From contig OZ260077.1 in the NCBI GenBank assembly GCA_965284385.1, forward strand, positions 288,329 through 352,328: 64,000 nucleotides of DNA. Reading direction: 5' to 3'. The DNA is from Caulobacteraceae bacterium (lineage in GTDB: Bacteria; Pseudomonadota; Alphaproteobacteria; Caulobacterales; Caulobacteraceae). Position 1 is the first letter of the stretch. Every line of letters starts with the position of its first letter. Position numbers and translations under genes: made by a program. Shown in pieces: positions 57,196 through 64,000 of this stretch. The notes beneath the pieces were generated by a model, which worked only from the letters and a program-made list of their open reading frames with translations, did no database searches and was not told the DNA's origin.

Positions 57196-58299
57196 CTACC
57201 AACGGCGCCTGAAGACCAGCCAGGCGCTGAGGAACATGGCGCCGCTGATGGCGGCCAGGGCCAGCGCCTGGCGCCACAGTTCGGCCAGTCCCGCGCCCTT
57301 GAGAAACAGGCCGGAGACGATCTCGACATAGTGGCGCTGCGGACTGGCCAGCGAGGCGGTTTGCAGCCAGGGGGGCATGCTCTCGATGGGGGCGATGCTC
57401 CCCGACAGGAACAGCAGCGGAAACAGGCCGAAGAAGCCCACGAGCATCGCCTGCTGGAGGGTCTGGGTGATGGCTCCCACGAAGGTGCCGAGCGAGACGG
57501 CGCTCAACAGGTAGACGACGGTGAGACCGAGCAGAATGAACACATCGCCCCGCATCGGCACGCCCATGAGCGTCATGATGACCAGGGCGGGAAAGACCGC
57601 TCCGGTGCAGATCACCAGGGTCGGGGTGATCTTGGCGATGAACAGTTCGTGGGCGCGGATCGGGGTGACCCGGAGTTGCTCGATGGTGCCTTCCTGCTTT
57701 TCCCGAACGATCGCGGCCGCCGGCAGGACCACGCCGAGCATCAGCCCGGCCTGGGCCAGCATCGACAGGGCCATGAACCGGGTGTTGGTCAGGTCCGGAT
57801 TGTACCAGACCCGCACTTCCGGCCGAACGGCGGCCCGCCGCTCCCCGGCCGGACGCCGGCTCTCCACGAAGCGGGCGCTCTGTTCGATCACATAGGCGCG
57901 CGCCCGCGCCGCGACATTGCCGTTGGATCCGTCGACCACGACGCCGAACGACGCCGGGCGTCCGGCGGCCAGCCTGGCGCCCATGCGCGGCGGTATTTCG
58001 ACGACCACGTCGAGTGCGCCGCGCCTTAGCCGGTCTTCCGCCTCGCGCAGACTGGTGAATTGATCGGCGAGCACGAAATTGTCGCCCGTGGTCAATTCCT
58101 CGATCAGGGCGCGGCTGACGGCGGAGCGGTCGTGATCGACCACGGCCAGCTTGAGATGCTGGACGTCGAAACCCAGGGCCATGGTGCACATGACCAGTTC
58201 GGCCGTGTAGAGAAAGATCACCACGAACAGCATCACCGGGTCGCGCAGAAACTGGGCGAATTCCTTGGTGATCAATCCCCCGAGACGGCCGGACAGCAT
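57196..58299 (-). CDS. ABC-2 type permease (YbhR-like)
   Basis: KEFAQFLRDP, WYNPDL, REKQEGTIEQLRVTP. Confidence 0.88.
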   Translation of the reverse strand: MLSGRLGGLITKEFAQFLRDPVMLFVVIFLYTAELVMCTMALGFDVQHLKLAVVDHDRSAVSRALIEELTTGDNFVLADQFTSLREAEDRLRRGALDVVVEIPPRMGARLAAGRPASFGVVVDGSNGNVAARARAYVIEQSARFVESRRPAGERRAAVRPEVRVWYNPDLTNTRFMALSMLAQAGLMLGVVLPAAAIVREKQEGTIEQLRVTPIRAHELFIAKITPTLVICTGAVFPALVIMTLMGVPMRGDVFILLGLTVVYLLSAVSLGTFVGAITQTLQQAMLVGFFGLFPLLFLSGSIAPIESMPPWLQTASLASPQRHYVEIVSGLFLKGAGLAELWRQALALAAISGAMFLSAWLVFRRRW

Positions 58300-59393
58300 C
58301 AGGCGATCCTCTTGCGGAACCGCCAGGCGGCGAGCGCGAACACCGTCGCGGTATAGGCCGCCAGTACGAGGACGTTGGGCCAGAGATCCCCGAGCCCCGC
58401 GCCCCGCAGCACGACCCCGCGTGAGAACTCGAGAAAATAGCGCGTGGGCAGGACCGAGGCGTAGGCCTGAAACGCCGGCGGCATGGTGAAGAGCGGATAG
58501 ACGAAGCCGGAAAACAGGAAGGCCGGCATCAGGGTCACGATCAGGGCCGTCAACATGGCGGCCAGCTGGGTGCGCACGAGGGTGGAGACGAGCAGTCCGA
58601 TGGAAACCGTGCAAAGAACATAGAGAAGCCCCACGGCGAGAAGCAGCCCCACGCTCCCCCGTACGGGCACGTCGAACCAGACCACCCCGCCGAAGACGAC
58701 GAGGAGAAATTCCGCATAGGCGATTACGGCGTAGGGCAGCAGTTTGCCGGCGATGAACTCGCTCCCGGTCAGCGGCGAGGCGTATATCTGGGCGATGGTG
58801 CCCAGCTCCTTTTCGCGCGCGACGGCCAGCGCCGTTAGCAACGGCGGAAAGGCCATGAGGATCACCGCGAACAGGCCCGGTACGATGAAGTTGCGGCTGC
58901 GCAGTTGCGGATTGTACCAGACGCGCACCTCGGGCCTGAGAGGGAGGCGCACCTCCTCCGGGTAGGTGTGGAGGATGGCCCGGCCATAGGCCGACAGGAT
59001 CGCCGCCGTGCTGGCGTAGGTGCCGTCGACCACGAACTGCACGGGCGCGTCCTCGCCGCGTCCGAGGCGCGCGGAGAAGCCCGGCGGGATGAACAGGGCC
59101 GCCCGGGCCGTCCCGCGCATCAGGGCGTGCTCGGCCGAGCGTTCGTCCTCCGGCGCCGCCTGGAGGACGAAATATCCCGAGTTGAGAAACCGCGCCTGCA
59201 GCTCCCGGCTGGCGGCGGTCCGGTCATGGTCCACCACGATCAGCGGCGCCCGGTCGACGTCCAGCGATATGCCGTAGACGAACAGGAACAGCATCATCAG
59301 GGGCATGAACAGCGCCACTCCCATGGTGAAGCGGTCGCGGGAGATCTCCAGCACCTCCTTGCGGGCGAAGGCCAGAACGCGCCGCGCCTTCAC
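58299..59393 (-). CDS. ABC-2 type permease (YbhS-like)
   Basis: KEVLEISRD, WYNPQLRSRNFIVPG, REKELGT. Confidence 0.88.
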   Translation of the reverse strand: MKARRVLAFARKEVLEISRDRFTMGVALFMPLMMLFLFVYGISLDVDRAPLIVVDHDRTAASRELQARFLNSGYFVLQAAPEDERSAEHALMRGTARAALFIPPGFSARLGRGEDAPVQFVVDGTYASTAAILSAYGRAILHTYPEEVRLPLRPEVRVWYNPQLRSRNFIVPGLFAVILMAFPPLLTALAVAREKELGTIAQIYASPLTGSEFIAGKLLPYAVIAYAEFLLVVFGGVVWFDVPVRGSVGLLLAVGLLYVLCTVSIGLLVSTLVRTQLAAMLTALIVTLMPAFLFSGFVYPLFTMPPAFQAYASVLPTRYFLEFSRGVVLRGAGLGDLWPNVLVLAAYTATVFALAAWRFRKRIA

Positions 59394-61099
59394 GCCGCCC
59401 TCCCCTGCCCGGCGCGTTCGCGCTCGATGAAGCCGAGAAAGACCGCCTCGACATCGGGCGTCGTGAGCCCGAGCTCGGCGGCCAGCCTCGTCAGCGGGCC
59501 CAGGGCGATGAGCCGGCCGTCCATCATCAGCCCGAGGCGATCACAGAAGGCGGCCTCCTCCATGTAGTGGGTGGTGACGACGATCCCGACGCCGTCGGCG
59601 GCCAGGGCCGCGATCAGGCGCCAGAATCGGAACCTGGACAGGGGGTCGACCCCGGAGGTCGGCTCGTCGAGGAAGAGCACCCTGGGCCGGTGAACGATGG
59701 CGCAGGCGAGCGCCAGCCGCTGGCGTGTGGCGCCGGACAGGTCGCGCGCCGCGCCCTCCCCCGCGTTCTCGAGGCTGGCGCGCGCGCTGGCCCAGGCGAT
59801 GCGCTCGCGCAGCTGGGATCGGGGCACGCCATAGGCGCGCGCGAAGAACGTCAGGTTCTCGCGCGCGCTCAGGTCGGGATAGAGGGAGAACCGCTGGGAC
59901 ATGTAACCGATGCGCGCACGCACGGCCTCGCTCTGGCGCGCCACGTCGAACCCCGCCACCTCGGCGGTCCCCTCCCCCGGCGAGAGGAGCCCGCACAGGA
60001 TGCGGATCAGGGTGGTCTTGCCCGCGCCGTTGGGGCCGAGCAGGCCCAGGATCTCCCCCTCGGCGACCGTGATCGTCACATCGTCCACAGCCTTGAAATC
60101 CCCGAACCGGACGCTGACGCCGCGCGAGACGATCACGTCATTGCGGACGCGCGGCGGCGGCGGCGGCGCGGCGGCGCGGCCGGAAGCCGCGCCAGGCGGC
60201 GCGGGCGGGGGCGCCGAGGCGAAGGTGAACACATCCTCCATGGTGGGAACGGCGGCCTCCGCCACGGCCGCCTCGATCGGCGCCAGCCTCGACCCGTCCC
60301 TGACCTGCGCTCGCACTTCCCGGCCCGCGCGGCGCTGGAAGCTGATCACGCCGACGTCGGTCTCGAGCGCCGCCTCGATCCGGTCCAGGGCCGGACCGGT
60401 GATCCTGTAGACCTGCCCGGCCACGTCACGTCGCAACTCCTGCGGGGCTCCAAGCGCGAGGGGCTTTCCATCCCGCAGAAGCAGGACGCGGTCGCAGGCG
60501 TCGGCCTCGTCCATGTAGGAGGTCGCGAACACGATCGTCCGGCCCTCGGTTCGCGCCCGGTCGAGGATTCGCCACAGCTCCCGTCTCGACAGCGGGTCCA
60601 CGCCCAGGCTGGGCTCGTCGAGGATGAGCAGCGGGGGTTCGTGCATGAGGTTGGCGCACAGGGCCAGCTTCTTGCGCATGCCGCCGGACAGTTGTCCCTC
60701 GCGGCGGTGCTGGAAGCGGTCCAGCCCGGCCATGCGGAGCAGCTCGGCGCCGCGCACGGCCCGGTCCGGTCCGGTGACGTCGCGGATGTCCGCCGCGAAC
60801 GCCAGATTCTCCGCGACGGTGAGGCGATCGTACAGGGAGAAGCCCTGCGACATGTAGCCGACCCGCGCCTGCACCCCGGCCGGATCGCGCCGGACGTCCC
60901 GCCCCAGCACCTGGCATGTCCCCGCGCTCGGGCGCAGGATGGCGGCCAGCATCTGCAGCAGGGTGGACTTGCCGGCCCCGTCGGGGCCGACCACGCCGAA
61001 GACCTGCCCGGCATGGACGTCGAGGTCGATGTTCTCCAGCACCGTGCGGGCGCCGTATCGGCGCCCCAGTCCGCGGGCCTCGACGACAGCCTCGGCCAT
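59390..61099 (-). CDS. ABC transporter ATP-binding protein with two NBDs (YbhF-like)
   Basis: GPDGAGKST/LSGGM/LDEP and GPNGAGKTT/LSGA/LDEP. Confidence 0.9.
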   Translation of the reverse strand: MAEAVVEARGLGRRYGARTVLENIDLDVHAGQVFGVVGPDGAGKSTLLQMLAAILRPSAGTCQVLGRDVRRDPAGVQARVGYMSQGFSLYDRLTVAENLAFAADIRDVTGPDRAVRGAELLRMAGLDRFQHRREGQLSGGMRKKLALCANLMHEPPLLILDEPSLGVDPLSRRELWRILDRARTEGRTIVFATSYMDEADACDRVLLLRDGKPLALGAPQELRRDVAGQVYRITGPALDRIEAALETDVGVISFQRRAGREVRAQVRDGSRLAPIEAAVAEAAVPTMEDVFTFASAPPPAPPGAASGRAAAPPPPPRVRNDVIVSRGVSVRFGDFKAVDDVTITVAEGEILGLLGPNGAGKTTLIRILCGLLSPGEGTAEVAGFDVARQSEAVRARIGYMSQRFSLYPDLSARENLTFFARAYGVPRSQLRERIAWASARASLENAGEGAARDLSGATRQRLALACAIVHRPRVLFLDEPTSGVDPLSRFRFWRLIAALAADGVGIVVTTHYMEEAAFCDRLGLMMDGRLIALGPLTRLAAELGLTTPDVEAVFLGFIERERAGQGRAA

Positions 61100-61103
61100 C
61101 CCC

Positions 61104-62075
61104 CTACTCCGGCACGGCGAGACGGTCGGGCCAGCCGGCGGAGGCGTCCCACAGAACCCAGGCGTCGGCCGGCATGCCGGGCTTGAGCAGCCCGTCCGGA
61201 TTTTCAGCCTCCAGAGTGACCCCGTAGACGGTCCGGCCCCGTTCGTCCTGCATGTGAATGTCGCGCGGGGTGAACTGGGCCTGGGCGTCGACCCGGGCCA
61301 CGCGCGCCGCGAAATCCCGGCCGGGAAAGGCGTCAACCCGCAGCCTGGCGGGAGCCCCCAGACGGACCTTGCCCAGGTCCGGCTCCCGAACGAACACGCG
61401 CAGCCTCACCCGAGACAGATTGGCCAGCACCACCACGGGCTGGCCGGCGACGATCACTTCGCCGGGCTCGGCGAGACGCTCCAGCACCGCCCCCGATATC
61501 GGCGAGGCGATATGGGTCCTGACCAGCTGCGATCGGCCCAGGGCCAGGGTCTGGGACGCCGCCTCGGCCTGGGCGACGGCCTCGCCCCGGCGAGCCTCGA
61601 GCAGGCTGATCTGATCATTGGCGGCCTGATAGGCGTTGCGGACGCCGTCGAGGCGTTGGGCCGTGACATATCCCTCGCGCGCCAGGGCCTCATAGCGGGC
61701 CAGATCCGTCCGGGCCGAGGCGGCGTGGTGTCGGGCCAGGTCGATCTGACTGCTCACCTGGGCCACGGTCTGCCCGGCGGCGGCGCGCTGGGCGGCGGCC
61801 CGATTCATCAGCAGACGGGCGTCGGACGGGTCGATCGAGGCCAGCGGGGCTCCGGCCAGGACCGGGGCGCCTTCCAGGGCGTGGTTCTGCAGCAGACGGC
61901 CGGAGAGCTCAAAGGAGACACGCACCTCGTCGACCTCGATGCGGCCGCTGCCGTAGATGACCTGCGCCGGCGCCGGAGCGGGCTGCAGCCGCCAGAAGGC
62001 GACGGCGGAGCCGGCGGCGACCAGAATGAGGCCGACAGCGACCAGCACCGTCAGACGTCGCCCCTGAATCCTCAC
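61104..62075 (-). CDS. HlyD-family secretion/membrane fusion protein (YbhG-like)
   Basis: N-terminal TM, SGRIE, SPISG, PRDIH, LKPGMPA. GTG start re-called. Confidence 0.85.
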   Translation of the reverse strand: MRIQGRRLTVLVAVGLILVAAGSAVAFWRLQPAPAPAQVIYGSGRIEVDEVRVSFELSGRLLQNHALEGAPVLAGAPLASIDPSDARLLMNRAAAQRAAAGQTVAQVSSQIDLARHHAASARTDLARYEALAREGYVTAQRLDGVRNAYQAANDQISLLEARRGEAVAQAEAASQTLALGRSQLVRTHIASPISGAVLERLAEPGEVIVAGQPVVVLANLSRVRLRVFVREPDLGKVRLGAPARLRVDAFPGRDFAARVARVDAQAQFTPRDIHMQDERGRTVYGVTLEAENPDGLLKPGMPADAWVLWDASAGWPDRLAVPE

Positions 62076-62549
62076 ATCCTGCCTCCCGGCGCGTCCGCCT
62101 GTTTCGATGCGCTGATCCTGAAGACGCCGGCTGGAAGGATTGCTTACGCCCTTGCAAAGCCGCCCGCGACGGCGCCCGCCGCGTAAGGGACAGCCGCGCT
62201 TCGAGCCTGGAGAGGAGATCTGGCGCCGAAGTCCCCGCCAAGGCTTCGTCGGACACGATCGCGCCAGCCGGGGGCGCCGCGGCGTGCGTCTCGATCCGGC
62301 CGCGCAGACAGGGCGCCAGTCCGCCCGGCCCCTTGGCGAAGACGCCGAACTAGCAGGTCCAGGCCCGCTGTTGGGAGCGACGATAAACGGCTTGCCCCGA
62401 CTGTGTCCTTGATCGGACAATGATCTGATGGCCCACGGTCTGACGCCGGCGACCGGCGGGTCTTTGGAGCGTCGGCCTTCCGCGTCGGTAATGGCCGGTC
62501 GGGTGCGGCGTCAGACGGCGGGTGGCATTCAGAACGGAAGGGGCCTCGC

Positions 62550-62924
62550 ATGACCTCCAATCCCACCGGGGCCGGCCGGGTCTTCAGGCGCCGGGCTCTG
62601 GCTCACCTCCGCCTGGCCGGTGCTTCATCGCGCCCAACGCGACGGCAGGCTGGCGACGACCGGTCCCTGCAAATCCATCCGCCACCCGCAGCATGCCGGC
62701 TTCGTGCTGATCATGATCGGCTTTCTGCTTCAGTGGCCGACGCTGCTCGCCCTGGCGATGTTTCCGGTGCTCGTTGTCCCGTACTGGCGCCTGGCCGTGG
62801 AGGAGGAGCGCGAAACCGCCGCCCGCTTCGGCCCGGCCTGGGCCGAATACAGGCAGGCGACGCCGGCCTTCATCCCTCGGCTCCGTCCGTGTCGGGGGCC
62901 AGGGCCTCGCGGCCGCAAGTCTGA
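62550..62924 (+). pseudogene. Deleted DUF2933/ICMT cassette remnant
   Basis: The start MTSNPTG resembles the DUF2933 start at 25391. After a frame change the sequence matches the C-terminal half of the ICMT at 25642 (SAWPVLHRAQ...IRHPQHAGF...PAFIPRL). Confidence 0.7.
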
Positions 62925-62944
62925 TCTGACCGGAGTTCCTGCGC

Positions 62945-64000
62945 ATGACCACCACGACCGTCGATGTTTCCGGATTCAGCACGCCGCTCGATCCCCTGGT
63001 GATCGAAAAGCACCTGCGGGGCCTGCCTGGCGTGCTGGACGTCGCCGCCAACTTCGGCTCGGCGACCGCGACGATCCGGTTTGACGAAACCCGGGTTAGC
63101 CAGATCGAGCTGGAACAGGCGGTGCGGGACTGCGGTTTCCACTGTCGCGGCAAGGTCATGCCCCGGCACGTCTGCGTCCCGCAGGAGGATGCCGTGGACG
63201 CCCGGACCTCGCATCGCCACCATCCCCCGGCGGGGGCGGCGGCCCCTGAAGGCCCCTCGGCCCACGCTCTCCCGGCCCACGCCGACCCGGACGACATGGC
63301 GGAGATGGGGCACGGCCCGGGCATGGACATGCAGGCCATGGCCCGGGACATGCGCAACCGCTTCCTGATCGCCGTCGCCTTCACCGTCCCGATCTTCTTC
63401 CTCGCCCCGATGGGCATGGAATTCATGCGCGTGGAGCCCCCGTTCGGCCTGCCGCTGAAGCCCCTGCTGTTCGTTTTGGCCAGCGCCGCCATCCTCTATC
63501 CAGGCTGGCCCTTCTACATCGCCGCCGTCCGGGCGCTGCGTCGCGGCGTGCTCAACATGGCGGTGCTGGTCCTGCTCAGCGTCGGCACCGGCTTTCTGTT
63601 CAGCGTCGGAGCCACCTTCCTCTTCGATGCGCCGGACTTCTACGAGGCCTCGGCCCTGCTGCTGGTCTTCATCCTGATGGGCCACTGGCTCGAGATGCGG
63701 GCCCGGGCCGGGGCGTCGGACGCCATCCGCAGGCTGATGGACCTGGCGCCGCCCACCGCCCGGGTGCTGCGCGACGGCGTCGAGGTCGAGGTCCCGACCT
63801 CCGCCGTTCTGGTGGGCGACCGGGTGGTGGTCCGGCCGGGCGGCCGCATTCCCGTGGATGGCGTCATCGAGGACGGCGGATCGGAGGTCGACGAGTCCAT
63901 GCTCACCGGCGAATCCCTGCCGGTGATGAAGGGGGTCGGCGATCCCGTGACCGGCGGCGCCATCAACAAGACCGGGGCCTTCCGCTACAGCGCCACCCGG
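62945..64000 (+). CDS. copA: Second copper-type P1B ATPase (3' end beyond window)
   Basis: Manual translation MTTTTVDV...CGFHC...HVC...MRNRF...[13 protein letters not shown]...[10 protein letters not shown]; paralog of 36842-39274. Confidence 0.9.
   Translation, partial: MTTTTVDVSGFSTPLDPLVIEKHLRGLPGVLDVAANFGSATATIRFDETRVSQIELEQAVRDCGFHCRGKVMPRHVCVPQEDAVDARTSHRHHPPAGAAAPEGPSAHALPAHADPDDMAEMGHGPGMDMQAMARDMRNRFLIAVAFTVPIFFLAPMGMEFMRVEPPFGLPLKPLLFVLASAAILYPGWPFYIAAVRALRRGVLNMAVLVLLSVGTGFLFSVGATFLFDAPDFYEASALLLVFILMGHWLEMRARAGASDAIRRLMDLAPPTARVLRDGVEVEVPTSAVLVGDRVVVRPGGRIPVDGVIEDGGSEVDESMLTGESLPVMKGVGDPVTGGAINKTGAFRYSATR

Noticed and set aside
1-64000. CRISPR arrays, tRNA/rRNA genes, att sites, T4SS or integrase genes
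   Set aside because: No regularly spaced repeat-spacer pattern, cloverleaf or such genes were recognised by eye; the element ends are outside the window.

Overview
GC-rich alphaproteobacterial DNA, probably Caulobacteraceae (Brevundimonas/Caulobacter-like; inferred from the GcrA family gene and gene content, not from a search). The window covers part of a conjugative element (ICE or plasmid). Bases 1-13.0 kb are backbone: a MOB_P/VirD2-type relaxase running off the left edge, a candidate oriT with an RP4-like nic site, and a minus-strand run pointing at oriT like a conjugative leading region (DUF2493/SLOG, GcrA, two SSBs, methyltransferase-strawberry-notch helicase, ParB, Toprim, RadC), then a divergent secreted thermonuclease. 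After an IS6 remnant, 13.5-64 kb is cargo. It holds lipid-modifying genes (cfa, plsC, GT4, oleate hydratase) and a hypoxia/fermentation set (ackA, phosphoketolase, beta-CASP nuclease, AMP-phosphorylase-like enzyme, type II GAPDH, beta-PGM, GH65, LDH, PRPP-synthetase-like enzyme, PAS-HWE kinase, [4Fe-4S] Fnr) with at least five FNR/FixK boxes. It also holds copper genes (two CopA-like ATPases, cusCBAF-like operon, DUF2933/ICMT/DUF305/DUF5676 satellites, a Cys-tailed ECF sigma) and an HlyD-ABC exporter. No rRNA, tRNA or CRISPR array was seen. Most long overlapping ORFs in the track are antisense or alternate-frame shadows, so start codons were re-called by eye from RBS and homology. Family assignments come from motif recognition, not database searches. 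The best leads are (i) a translationally coupled phosphoketolase/beta-CASP/AMP-phosphorylase trio, possibly turning RNA into ATP under hypoxia; (ii) a nine-hairpin block and a repeated 30-nt element in the leading region; (iii) an element-borne GcrA; and (iv) a self-contained mobile Fnr regulon.
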